From assembly GCA_964016885.1 (NCBI GenBank), contig OZ024746.1, forward strand, positions 42,842,001 to 42,906,000: DNA of 64,000 nt. The letters run 5' to 3'. Positions within the stretch are counted from its first letter, which is position 1; every line of letters begins with the position of its first letter. Both the position numbers and the translations under genes were made by a program. Source of the stretch: Eledone cirrhosa. Taxonomy: Eukaryota. Shown in pieces: positions 14,501-27,263 of the stretch. Below the pieces are notes generated by a model that worked only from the letters and a program-made list of their open reading frames with translations, ran no database searches and had not been told where the DNA came from.

Positions 14501-15711
14501 GCTGTAATAATGTTCATTATTGATAATGATGATGTTTTCTAACATAAGGAAGACAGATTTACAAGCAAAAAGAAAAAAAAAAAAAGAAAAAAAAAAAAAG
14601 AAAAAAAAAAAAAGGAATGAATGTTAAATTATACTTGTACACAAGAACACACACAGACAATTATGCATAAAGTGAACCCTTATAACAAATCTAGTTACTT
14701 TCAGAACCTCATTCGTTACCACACCAACTATAATATATGTATTTAGGGACAATTTATTCCATAGCTTCAATCAATACCAAAGGAATCCTTTTATGTGTAT
14801 CAATAAAAATAAGTGGAAATAGTAAAAATAATGTAATAATAGCACAATAAGGTGCAAAGTGTTAGAATCTTTAGGTCATCAGATTAAATGCCTCAGTATT
14901 TATTCTGACTTTCTGTGCTCTAAGTTCACCTCCCACTGAGATCATCTTTGCCTTTTATTATTTTGGGGTCAATAATTAAATTATTAATCCAGGAGCAGTG
15001 GAGTGTCAAAATGATTAAAATGTCAGAAGGGATGATGTTATGTATCTGTTCTGGTTCTGTATGTTCTGACTTCAAATCTCTTCAGTTTTCAATGAAGAAG
15101 TGACACTAACTACTTCTTCACTAGCATGCTGGCCTCTCTTGGAAAGTAATTAACCTAAAATTGCAATCACGAACATTCTTCAATACCTTGAATATGTTCT
15201 TGGTATTTTGTCATTGGTTGTAAGCAGAAATAATGATTAGAAAGATTAAAAATTGCAATAATATATAAACTGAAAGAAAAATAATTGCTATCAGTTTATT
15301 GTTGTTTACTTCCATTTTGTCTTCCTTGATGCACATTATTAACAGAAGAGTGTGGATGAAGGGAAATAATTCAGCACTCTTACACACAATTTACCTGAGT
15401 AACCCAAGCAACATTTCATTGCTGACATCACTACAGTTTAGTGACCCCTTGAATATATCTCCTGATCACTGTTTTAAAGTAATTTTACAGAAATACGTTT
15501 TTGAAAAGTTAAATTACAATTTTGTTGATGAAATTTAATAGAAAATTTGATTTTTCTTTGCAGTTCTTATTTGAAGACATGACATTGTGTGTCCATAGAA
15601 AATCTATGACATTATCTTAAATCATATAATTCATTATCAACATGAAATTGCTCAACATCTTCATAACATGAGAAGATATAATGACAACATTCTCAAGTTT
15701 ACATACAACAT

Positions 15712-15991
15712 TCAGTGTTCCAATTGTTTGATCAACAGAACAGTCTGCTTGTGAATTTCATGCGCAAGTGGCTGAGTATTCCACAAATATGCGTACACTT
15801 AATGTAGTTCTCATGAAGATTCAGTGTCACACATAGGAAAATTCTGGCCCTTTGTATAATTTTTTACATCACTTTTGCCATCTGGAGATGTGAAAAGGAG
15901 TGCCTTCCTAAAGGACACAATACATCATCCGTAATTTAACTTATCACTCTTCAATCATGGTCCAAATACCTTAACCACTGAGTCACATGCC
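15712..15991 (-). mobile_element. tRNA-derived SINE (Ceph-SINE-like)
   Basis: tRNA-like head at the right end (ggcatgtgactcagtggttaagg on minus); body gcaagtggctgagtattccaca..gtagttctc..attcagtgtcacac. Family name is from recall. Confidence 0.65.
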
Positions 15992-16695
15992 TTTATAAAT
16001 ACACACACACATACATACATACACACACACATGTATATGAACATTTCTTTTGATTTACAAAGTGAAAATAAGGATAGGCAAAGAATTTAGTTGTGAATTT
16101 AATTTCTCTTCTCCAGAATAATCTTAATCTCTATTCTTAATACACTGCTACTGTTTTTGTTCTAATTACAGAATTAACTGGGAAGCCATTGTGTGAAGCT
16201 GGAAAAGGGAGGTGAGCCAAAACATTAAATGGTATATAGCTGACAGCAAGGTGTTAATTCATTGTGATACCCTATAGACTAAAAGCAACAGGGAATTATC
16301 TAGAGATAGAAAGTAGAATGTTTGCATAAATCAATATTATATAGGGAGGGCAACTAATAAGTTGAAGCACTAATTTCTCAGTCTTTTCTTCTTCATTATA
16401 ACTTCCAGCTACCAGAACTATGAACCATAATTACCATGTTAGTATCATGATCACCAGTTGCCATCAACATCAACCATGCTCTGAGCTTCTGTACAGTCAC
16501 TCAATCTGCTAGAAATAGCAATGAAAACTGATACAAACCACATTCTACTGTGTGGTTAAATTGTTTGCTTTGCAATCAAATGCTCTTAGTTTCAGTCCAT
16601 TGCATGTTATTTTACATAAATGTCATCTACTCAGATGTCATGCTGACCAACATCTTGTGAGTAACTTTAGTGGACAGAAACTACAAAACACATCC

Positions 16696-16727
<32 letters not shown>

Positions 16728-17990
16728 CATGTGAGAAGGAGAGTCTGCGGTGCTGAGACCAAGGAGATCACTAATCATGTGAGTAGTCGATACATGGGGA
16801 GATGTAGAGTGTGGGTATAAAGATGTGTAAAATCATGACCATAGTGCTAAGTGGTTTTGGCTGGTGTGTTCAGCAAGCCTTTTCAAAGGCTTGCTGAACA
16901 GAAAATTCTGCTTCAGTTCAACCTACCATGATACAAATTGACACAAAACTGATGATAATATCTACATTGCAAAATATTTTCTACAGCTTCCTACTTGAAA
17001 CTACCTAGACAGGAAATTGTGGTTAGAAAATATCATTTGAATGCATTTATATTAACAATGATGTACTAATTGAAACCATAAGTTTATACATAGATTAAGT
17101 CACAGATCACATATAGTGGCAATAGTTTAGACAACAGAACTGAGGATATATAGAGTAAAGGGTATCAACGATGGAGGCAGGAAGGCTAGAATGCTAAAAG
17201 AGTAGAGAATGAAGTGATAAGGAAGGTAGTTGAATAAACAGTCATTTGTTATGTAAAATGCCAGTAAAATGATATAAATTATGAAACAACTGACTATTTA
17301 ATGATGTATTTCTTATATTAAATTATAGGGACTTTAGATAGATTTGATCATGAGAAAATGAATAAATATAAATAAAAACAAACAAAAATCAAATAATCTT
17401 ATCTCCAAACCTTAATTTGTTAGTTTTTGAGACATCACATACATATATGATGAAGTCAACCAACAGCTTACTATAAACAGTTTTTAATTGTATTTCTCTT
17501 TTTCGAGGATGTAGAAAGTTAAATTCAGTTTTACTGATCATCAGAAACAATGTACCAATTGTGGCTAGTATTTGGATCAATATAAAAACAAAACTGTAAA
17601 ACCTGTGCCCCATTTCTGTCATTCATATCACAAAACATTGCAATCTTCTGTCTTCACATTTCATATAGTGACAGGTATTCATGTGAATAACAGAAATAAT
17701 GAAAATGATGATGATGATGTTGGCAGTAGTGAGTATGATGATGTTTTTATTCAATCACAAAATACTTACCTGTTTTTTAATATGTGAAAGAAAGACTAGA
17801 ATGACTAGCTCTAATAATTAAAAAATATAACACTAGTTTGATCTGGAGTATGTATGAACAAGATGAAATATATTTTCAATGTATATCAGAAATAAAAATA
17901 AAGTTATTTTATTTATTTTTTAGTGGATAGTGTAATCAATAAATTACACATGCTTACTTTCAATTATTTGAGTGTCCTAAAATAATATAG

Positions 17991-18299
17991 GTGGTGAATT
18001 GGCAGAGTTGTTAGAATGTTGGATAGAATGCTTTATGCTATTCGTTCCAGCTCTCTGCTCTCTGAGTTCAAATTCCACTGAGGCCAACTTTGCCTTTCAT
18101 CCTTTCGAGGTTGATAAAAAAACAGTACCAGTCTAGTACTAGTCCTGATTCTTCTTCTCTCTGGAAGAAATCTGCTATATTCAAGATTAGAGAGCGATGG
18201 GCTCTCTAATCCTGAATAAAATGCATAAGGAACACCATATGTCAATATGGCGTCCCTCAAACTCTATCAGGAGTTATGGGACCATATCATACCATATCA
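17991..18299 (+). mobile_element. tRNA-derived SINE, long-tail subfamily, flanked by ~58-bp direct repeats
   Basis: A-box-like gaattggcagagttgttag, B-box gagttcaaattcc, core actttgcctttcatcc; repeats at 17933-17990 and 18300-18358. Confidence 0.85.
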
Positions 18300-19564
18300 T
18301 AATTAATAAATTACACATGCTTACTTTCAATTATTTGGGTGACCTAAAAATAACATAGAAAATATCTGTCTGAGTAAATAATTCTTATATTACTGTGTAT
18401 TTCATATCATATATAAAACCTGAACCATTAATAGCTAAGAAGCTATTGTTCATCAAGAAAAATCTAAAAAAGCTGGATTTTTCTGGATTTTGTTCTTTTT
18501 TTAATTAAATTCTAATGTATTATTTGCTCATGTTTTGAATGTCAGTGATTGAATGATGAAGGAACTCATAGAAAATGGGCTATCAAAGCTGTATATATTG
18601 ATGAGATGCATAGAGAAAAAAGAACATAAGAATATATATTAATTGTATAAGAATTTTATAATAAAATAGATAGCCTATATAAGATTTATACAAATAAAAA
18701 TAAGATTGACAGCATCGCACATCTTTTGTTATGTTAATTAATACTGGCTTTTAAATATTTGTATTGGTTTTTTTTTCATTGGCAACTGATCAATAGTGGA
18801 GAAGGTTAGTTAATCAAATTAACCACTGTATATTACTGGTTCTTATTTTATCAATCATTATGTCATTCATCAGTACTTATTTTCTACTGATTCTAAAAGA
18901 AAGAGTCAATCTTGGAAGGGTTAAGAACTACCTAGAAAGATGTAATACTACAAAAAATTCAATCTGATATACTACCATGCTGGCTCACCTACTGTTCATA
19001 TAAAAATGAATATTGAGTTTTAATATTTGAATAAGGCTAGAAATTGTGGTGAAAGCTACAAATAAACACCTTAATACTTCACTAGTATTATGTTTTAAGG
19101 ATCCTGGAATATTAAAAGGCTATGTCAACCTCAATATTTGAACTCAGAATATAAGGGGCTGAACAAAATAACACAAAACATTTTGTCTTATGCTCTAACG
19201 AGTCTGTTAAACCACCAATATGAACATTTTGTACGTAATAGAACATACTATGAATGAGTCAATACACGAGGGATATTAGTGTGTATAGTATTTGTAACAA
19301 ATAGTATAAATTGCAATGAGAATTAGAAATCTGACCTGGGCAGTCACGTACTAAGGGTAGACTGGTTAGGGGTGATTACATCTGCTTGTATTCCCCATCT
19401 TTGGCTTTGTTTCTATAGCTAGATATCCTGCCAAATGCCAACTACTTTTCAGTATATATACACATATAGATACACACACGCAGATAAACACACACACACA
19501 CACACAGATACACATATATATATACGATATTAACAAATGGAAACTATATTTATAAAACCATATC

Positions 19565-19629
19565 TATTTTATTATACATATTTCAAGGATACCATGTTAA
19601 ATTATGGTATGCTTTCATCAGACAAAATA
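19565..19629 (-). ncRNA. Type I hammerhead ribozyme motif (mirror copy)
   Basis: Exact reverse complement of 19784-19848. Confidence 0.7.
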
Positions 19630-19783
19630 CAATATATACCAGTTTTATAAATAAATTTTAACATACCCTTTCAAAATGCAACCGTTAGTTTTGGAAGACA
19701 TCAGGATATTGATGTCTTCCAAAACTAACGGTTGCATTTTGAAAGGGTATGTTAAAATTTATTTATAAAACTGGTATATATTG

Positions 19784-19848
19784 TATTTTGTCTGATGAAA
19801 GCATACCATAATTTAACATGGTATCCTTGAAATATGTATAATAAAATA
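19784..19848 (+). ncRNA. Type I hammerhead ribozyme motif, Penelope-like
   Basis: Stem I tattttgt/ataaaata; core CTGATGA 19792-19798; stem II aagcataccat/atggtatcctt with one C-C mismatch; GAAA 19829-19832; short self-complementary stem III ATATGTAT; AUA triplet with predicted cut after 19840. Confidence 0.7.
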
Positions 19849-19996
19849 GATATGGTTTTATAAATATAGTTTCCATTTGTTAATATCGTATATTTACTTC
19901 AAATACTTATCGAGTGCTTTATATCAGTTATAAAAATATTTGCTTGTTGTATCCCAACAATTTAAATAGAACTTTTGCATATATATATATATATAT

Positions 19997-20112
19997 ATAG
20001 GAAAAAGTATGACCCCGACGGCAGAGCTCAAGCCGTTTCGACGGCTATTTCAGTCCAGAAATAGCTGTCGAAATGGCTTGAGCTCTGCCGTCGGGGTCAT
20101 ACTTTTTCCTAT
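19997..20112. repeat. Inverted repeat, 55-bp arms, 6-nt loop
   Basis: 19997-20051 pairs with 20058-20112, 2 mismatches; loop agtcca; lies between (TA)n tracts. Confidence 0.95.
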
Positions 20113-21133
20113 TTCCCACTCTACTACCCTAAGTATTGAGTAATCTGGTGCATTATAGTCCATCTGGTTCCTTACCACAATTCCTTTGTTTTATATATAT
20201 ATATATATTGGTCTTTTGTCATTGAATATTAATGCTCTGCTACCTGAACTGTCCTCAACAAGAACTTTAACTGTTGATGACTTAGTTGTCCGTTTTAAAC
20301 TCCTGCTGAAATGAGGATTGCACTGTGCATAGAGCTTCTCTCACCTTATCAAAGATAATAGTAAAGTACTTTAGTACAAACACATATATTATATATATAT
20401 ATACATATATACATATGTGTGTGTGTGTCGAAGTGTGTATGTATACACACATTCACAAATATAACTATATCTCTCTCTTTCTCTGTCTCTATATATTATA
20501 ATATATATATATCTGTATGTGCGTGTATATATATATCTATATCTACACACACATAGATTATCAAGTTTTTGGGAAACCATTATTTGTAACAGATACTAAT
20601 GAACATTTTATTGACTTGTCAGTAAATCACTGGAGTGTAGGGAATTTTTACTGGCGTGTTGGAATACACTACTTATAATTGATTTGTGGTTAAAGGTCTG
20701 AAATGTAGTAAAATTAAGTACTTTTTGTAGGAAATATTATACATAAACCAAAATTACTTAAGCATTGACTTAGATTCATTTTCAAAATAAATACATCTAT
20801 GATGTTTGCAATGGAAGAACACGAAATTTAAGAAGTTGGTAGAATAAAGAAACTGAAGCGTTATGGTTAACTGTGAACTTTAGGATCATGTTAATGATAA
20901 GATCATTTGGCATCACTAATATCAAATTATTCACTAAGCTAGACATTTTATCTTGAATTACTCATACATAAATATGGAACATTTAGATGTTTAAAAGGAT
21001 TTTATAGCTTAAGAGAAAAAAATTATTACTGAAGGGCTTTTGGGTGGAGATAATAAAAAAAAGGACATCAATCTTATTGTTAACTTATTAATTTTTCATT
21101 GTATATCAATATTCCATTATAGTTACAAACTTA

Positions 21134-21344
21134 AGGGTGGTAGATTGGTGGAGTTGTTAGAGCATTGGCTAAATGCTTAGCTCTATTTTTTCCAGCTCTT
21201 TATATCCTGAGTTCAAATCCTGCTTAGGTCGACTTTGCTTTTCATCCTTTTGAGACCAAGAAAATAAAGTAGCAGTAAAGAACTGCAGTCAATATAACGT
21301 TTCCTTCAAATAGCTGACCTTGTGCCTAAATTATAAGTACAATC
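21134..21344 (+). mobile_element. tRNA-derived SINE family A, diverged
   Basis: gagttcaaatcctgcttaggtcgactttgcttttcatcc..gaccttgtgcctaaa. Confidence 0.8.
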
Positions 21345-21383
21345 TTGACAAGTGTTCTAATTAAAATTAAAAAAAAAATTAGT

Positions 21384-21594
21384 TTAGCCTTTACATTACT
21401 CTATATTTACTAATGTATTTTCACAGTAAAGCCATTATCTCACATAATACCTCACATTATATCGAATCTATGCGGTTTTGATATTATTTATTTTGAGAAC
21501 ATAATATCAGTATGAGTGGCTAGTTACGGCCGGTTTGAACAGAAAGGTGAGAGAATTTTGGCCATATACAGCCAGTTTAATGCTAAAGGGTTAA
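21384..21594. mobile_element. Putative TTAA-type (piggyBac-like) MITE remnant
   Basis: Right end aatgctaaagggTTAA; degenerate left end ttagcctttacatt. Confidence 0.4.
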
Positions 21595-22052
21595 AGCAGA
21601 AAGCAGACTTTTAACAATTGATGATCTTCCGTTTCTAAACACTCTATCATGAAATTAGATATATAAAATCAAAGTAAATTGTGTTAATATTCATAACATA
21701 TTAATTAGGTTACTAATTAACATCATTGTTTCTATGTCTGTTCTTCTATATGAAGATTGGTTGGATAAGACATTTGTTGAGGCAATATTCTGTGGATGGA
21801 TACTCATTCTCTTGCCAACTTTTACTGTTTATGTGCGGCATAAACAAACATGTCAAATGCAAAGTGAAGACACACATGCACGCACACAAACAAATGCAAA
21901 TACACAAACATATATGACAGGCTTCGAATTTGTGTAGCTGGAGAACATATTGTAGGATGTATATAGCTATGCATTGGAATTTCTTAGTCACATAGTCATT
22001 ATGTAAAACTATATTCAGAATATAGATATATTGAAATATTCTTAAGAATACC

Positions 22053-22226
22053 GGTGGATTGGCAGTATCGGTGGATTTGATGCATAGAGTTACGGCCCTT
22101 ATCATTCTGAGTTCAAATCCCGCCGAGGTTAACTTTGCCTTTCATCCTTACGGGGTCGATAAAATAAAGTACCAGTAATGTACTGGGTATTTGCTGGCCT
22201 TGTGCCAAAAGTAGAAACAATTATTA
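22053..22226 (+). mobile_element. tRNA-derived SINE family A, young copy
   Basis: gagttcaaatcccgccgaggttaactttgcctttcatccttacggggtcgataaaataaagtaccag; CpGs intact; (ATT) tail. Confidence 0.9.
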
Positions 22227-23610
22227 CAAGACAAAGTAGTGCATGAAATAAGACTACTTAAACTCTATAACAAAACTTGTGTATCTATTCATGCATACTC
22301 TGCTTAAATTGGACATTCCATCTACTGCTGATATCAGCTGCTCCTACCATACACCTCATCTATCGGGGAGAATGATTACTGTGAGCTGTGCTTTTAAATT
22401 TGATGATTTGTTAACATTTAACAAAACTGTGTTTTAAATATTACTTATTTTCATGGAAGAATAATTATAACACATCCCAATTTTCTGAATAACACTCTTT
22501 TTTAAATGACCAACCCCCACCCACTTTAGTAGCTGTCACTATTATCTTTTTAATGGTCTTTTTAATAGTGTACGTTTACTTTAAGTGAAGGCATGTGGTT
22601 GTGTGGTTAGAGTATTGGATTCACAATCGTGAGGATGTGATTTCGAATTCCAGATTGGGCGATGTGTTATGTCCTTGAGCAAGACACTTTATTTCACATT
22701 GCTCCTTCCACCTGGATTAGAGACTGACAGATAGTATTAGCAATTAGAAAGACCAATGGAAACATTGTTTCCTTGGTCCAATTTGACAAGCTTCTCCCCA
22801 TTTCTTAAGCGAATGAGTTTGGGGATCTTGTCGATCAACTGTCAATGTTTATTTCAGAGAAAAGTAATATAATGATTTCTTTATTAATTACTTTCTTTAT
22901 CAATTCATTTTATTTGTTAGAGTGAAGTAATATAATAAATATGAAAAGGTTTTGATGTGAATCACAACTGTTTCTCATTAAGGAGAAAAACTGACTACTT
23001 TGAATCTGTAGAGGTGATGACTTCTTTTCTTGATTTCTGTAACACTTCCTTACTCACTGCTGAGTGGAGTCAGCCACCTGCAGAAGTGAGCTCCATAAGT
23101 TAGAAGGGATATTGTATCTCTCTTGCTATCCTCTATGGTAACAATTTTTCCATTCTGTCTGCTGAGACCTGGAGGCAACTTACATCTTGGATCCTGTATG
23201 CTAGTGTGCGTTTTCCCAAATTGTTTTGGCTTGTATCATTGAGTATCCTTTCTCATATTTTTGTTGTCTTTAGTCTCACTGTTCTTAGTAATCTGGTGTT
23301 AAGTGATAGCAATATCGTAAGTCAGGAAAGAGTTTCAGTGTTCAAATGTTTAAAGAGAAAACATGAATTTGGATCTTGTACAAACTCAGAAATATATATA
23401 AATATATATATATATCTGTGTGTGTGTGTGTATGAAAATTGAAACATGGATGAGGGGAGGGGAGAACTAGGTATGAAAAAAATTAGGGCTAGTGTGCAAG
23501 TGAGAAGATCCTTGGGTATATAAATGTGTGAGATCCTCTTGGAAAGAAGCTGCATTAAAAGAAGACTGCGGAAGACCTAGGATGAAGTGGTAAAAAGTGA
23601 CCTCACAGAG

Positions 23611-23670
23611 GATGGAACTGGTTCAAACCAGATAGAATTGGTTCAAACTGGATAGAAGAGGTTCAAACCA
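23611..23670 (+). repeat. 20-bp minisatellite x3
   Basis: gatggaactggttcaaacca / gatagaattggttcaaactg / gatagaagaggttcaaacca, directly after an RTE ORF-end fragment (~23480-23610). Confidence 0.85.
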
Positions 23671-23679
23671 GTTAAAAAT

Positions 23680-23982
23680 GGGGTGCCACTGTGAGAAGGG
23701 CAGTCACACAGCATTCAACACCTGAACTGAGGGTCCACTGTGTGAAGGCTTAGGCATGGCCAACTGACCTGTCCCTCCTCATAGTGGAGTCATGTGGCAT
23801 CCAATACCTGAACAGAAGGTCCACTATGTGAAGGTTTCAGTGCAGCCAACTGGCATGTCACTCCTCATAGCCAGTACTGGGCCCCAAAATTATGGGTACA
23901 CTTTGAGATCGGCCAGGCTCCAAAACTATGGTTCAACTGTGAGATTGGTTTGGCGAGGCCAACTGGCCTGCCCCTCCTCATA
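23680..23982 (+). repeat. Degenerate tandem units related to 1620-2150
   Basis: Recurrent ggcatggccaactg..ctcctcata and cc(c)aaaa.tatgg..ca..tgag motifs. Confidence 0.6.
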
Positions 23983-24139
23983 TATATTCGAAAGAAAATA
24001 TATATATTTAATCCTGAACAAAAATAATTTTTATATTGTAATCCTTAGAGTGACAATGGAAGACAGATAACTGAGATATATGATGAGTTCATTCTATTTG
24101 GATCTCATTCTTTTCAATAAACACACAGTGATGTTCTTC

Positions 24140-24420
24140 TAAAAGTCTAAAGTATGTCTCGAGCCCAGAGGCTCATTAGGCCAGTGATTATCCCAGTTTC
24201 CATGTTGTGAAGTGACTGAGAGTACAAGACTCCACCCTGGGCAGGATGCCGGTCTGTTGCAAGGTTAAACCCTCAGCAATTGCTGGTACTTATTTTCAGC
24301 TGAGTATACTGGAGTAATGTTAAATATAAGTGTTTTGCTCAAGAAAATAAAATACAACCCAGTCCAGGTATAAAAAATCCCACAACATTATGATCATAAG
24401 TCAAACACCCTTACCAGTAG
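24140..24420 (-). mobile_element. Near full-length SINE with V/Meta-like domain
   Basis: Reverse complement of 4722-4859, plus cttgagcaaaacactt and a decayed tRNA-like head. Confidence 0.7.
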
Positions 24421-26320
24421 ATATTTAGTATTTGTTTTGTGTTTTAACCTTAATTCAGTTTTGATTGAGCAGACCTATAATCAAAAGCACTCCACTAATC
24501 ACTTCTTTTTGTGAGGAATCTAGAACGACATTATATATGTTGTTCCTGTATTAAGGTAATGGGGTGTGATTTGAGGGAAAGTTGGTGATTATTTCTAGCA
24601 AAGTGACTATGAACAAATTTCCTCATTGGTCAAATATTTACCCTCGGGATGTAAATTTCCTGTTAAATACCTCACAGTAATTATGGCATAAACACACACA
24701 CACACACACTGTGTGTGTATAGATGAGTGTGTCTGCATGCATGTGTGTGTATGTTATCACTGTCTTTAGTATAGCTATTAATAATAAGTAAAACACCATT
24801 GCTTACTTTTCAAAGAAAACCATTATGTTTTTGTCTGATGAACTAATTGCTCCAACCCCACTATAATTTGAATTACAGCATCCTTTTATAATGAGAACAA
24901 GTTAGGATATGTAATGCTTTTATAAATCTCCAGTGATAGATTGTTATTGTTTAAGCTCTTGGCTCTAAGACCTATTAATTATTCATTTTTTTGTATATTA
25001 ATCCGAAACAAGAGAGAAAAGTAAACAATATTTATTTCTTGTCATCAAATTCAAAACAAGCTTTTTAAAATAGAAACATTTCTTATTTGTGTGGCAACAG
25101 AAAGTCTGTCTATTTCTATTGATTGTCAGACTGCTCAGGTCTAAGTAGGATAAGCTGTACTTTTCAACTAAATTTATAGCTAAAATTTTGCAGTAGGTTA
25201 TTGCTTGTGTTATATATATTTTTTAGCAAGATGATTATGAGGAAATTTAAATAATTGTTTTTCTTTCATTTCCTTTCCATTTATTTTCACAGTTTACTTT
25301 TATTTATTCATATTAATATATTTTGGAGATAATTTTCTTTTTAATTTGAGCATTTTTTTATGTTGTTGAGGCAATTATATTTAGAGACTAACCACTTAAT
25401 CAAAATATAGTAATGGTACAATGGTACCTAAGTCAAGTAGAATTCTGTGTCTTGTGCAGAAGGAAAGCTTTCTTAGGAAAATGAATTTATATGGTTGTGA
25501 ATTCAGTTTGTGATAATAAATATGCTTTTATCTTGGGGAAAGATTCCTTGTAGAATATTTGGGCATCAATTTATAATACTGTACCTGTATAGTCACTTCT
25601 GTATTGTTGAAACAATTACAAGAATAATGACTATAATTATTCAGTGGTGGTAACAATAACTACAGAATAGTGATTAAACATTGCCATTAATTTTGACTTT
25701 AACATTTTTGACTTGGTATTTTTGAGATGATAGGCAACATGTTCACATACCCACACTCAAGCATGTAAAGGCACACATGTAAATCCCACCACCTGTACAC
25801 TCAAATCCACAACTCCCATCATACAATAATCATAAGCATATTAAAAATCGTTTTGCTTTCTTTCAAACAGTCATATAGTCTTTGGTTGCTAATTAAATTC
25901 ACCTGAATTTACTTTTACACTTCTTTCAGCAATTCTGTAATCAAGGTAAAACACAATATGTTTATAATATTAAGCTAGCCATTATCTTCAGAGATTTTCC
26001 TACACAATTCTTAATGAAATACACATTATTACAGTATTGTAGATGTTATTCTAATAGATTTTTAAGACTTTTATTTATTTGATAAAACTCTTTTCTGGAT
26101 ATAGGGTCTCGTCTATGCTAAGAATATTTTCAATATATTTTGGCAAATCATTGATGTTCAGAAATTTTCAAATATCTAGCTTTTATGGGCAGTGTATGCT
26201 TAGTTTGTCATGAAGGAAACAATTGGTAATGTAGTGTATCTATATATTTGATGTATTGAATCTCATTCACATCAAACTAAGTCTATGCCTTTCACTCAAT
26301 CTTACAGTTTGTGGAGGACA

Positions 26321-26426
26321 AATAATTGTTTCTACTTTAGGCACAAGGCCAGCAATTACTCAGTGCATTACTGGTACTTTATTTTATCGACCCCGTAAGG
26401 ATGAAAGGCAAAGTCAACCTCGGCGA
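26321..26426 (-). mobile_element. 5'-truncated SINE family A
   Basis: ggcacaaggccagcaatt..ttttatcgaccccgtaaggatgaaaggcaaagtcaacctcggcg. Confidence 0.88.
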
Positions 26427-27133
26427 CTGAAGATAAACTCCAATGAGATGCTTCTACAATAGTTTTAGTATAAATAGGTTCTTACATCCTAATAAATGCT
26501 CTTTTAACAGTAAATGTCACAAGCATATCTGTCAAACAAATATCCTTGAGGATTTATCAATCATTTTGAAAATCTTCTACTGCCAATCCCACTCTAACAG
26601 CCTGATATTGCATACAGTTCTTTTCTTTATATCATGGAAGAATAGCAATATATTTGTAGCACACAAATATCTTTTCAACAATATTTCACGGTGTAAGTAA
26701 ATAGACACAAATAAGGGCTGTTAAGACCTTTCAATTTCACAAACTATAAGACTCACATATTTGGGGATTTGGTCCTCATCTCCTCTTACAAGAAATGTTT
26801 CTTTTCTCATATCAAAAATATGAGATAAGTAGAATAAATATCTTTGTGTGACATATATTAGAGTCTCTGCAGGAATTTTCAACCAGTACAATATCATTAC
26901 TTTCTACTTTATTCACCACATATGTCCTTTACAACAACATGATGTTTCATTTCACTTCAAATGTGGTTTATCTTTAAAGAAGGTAATAAGTGTAACAAAA
27001 TATGAAGTCAAATATAACCTTTTCTACTCTTTATTATATCAAATAAAGGAAGTTAATGTAACTTCTACTATAACCCATGCAAGCGTGGAACATGGACGTT
27101 AAACGATGATGATGATGATACACACACACATAT

Positions 27134-27263
27134 ATATTTAATATAGAAATGGCTTCTACAGGACCAGAACTGTTTCATTTGAAGGGAATCATCAGGAAAG
27201 CCTGACAATTTCCTTCAAATGAAACAGTTCTAGTCCTTTAGAAGCCATTTCTATATTAAATAT
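27134..27263. repeat. Inverted repeat, 63-bp arms, 4-nt loop, degenerate hammerhead core
   Basis: 27134-27196 pairs with 27201-27263, 5 mismatches; loop aaag; flanked by CA/TA tracts. Confidence 0.93.

Larger units (their letters stand above)
19520..19893. repeat. Perfect inverted repeat, 184-bp arms, 6-nt loop
   Basis: 19520-19703 is the reverse complement of 19710-19893; loop ggatat; flanked by TA/CA microsatellites. Confidence 0.97.

Noticed and set aside
17389-17622. Minus-strand ORF with a hydrophobic, signal-peptide-like start
   Set aside because: Hydrophobic bias is expected from AT-rich DNA; no splice or homology support
17770-17810. Possible 41-nt minus-strand exon with CAG/gtaagt donor
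   Set aside because: Ambiguous acceptor, too short to assess, unrecognised peptide
22990-23360. Coding-looking stretch with a minus-strand gtaagt donor
   Set aside because: Stops in all frames of the candidate exon; possibly an old LTR-element remnant but unassignable
23611-23670. CRISPR-like short repeats
   Set aside because: Head-to-tail tandem with no spacers, in a eukaryotic context
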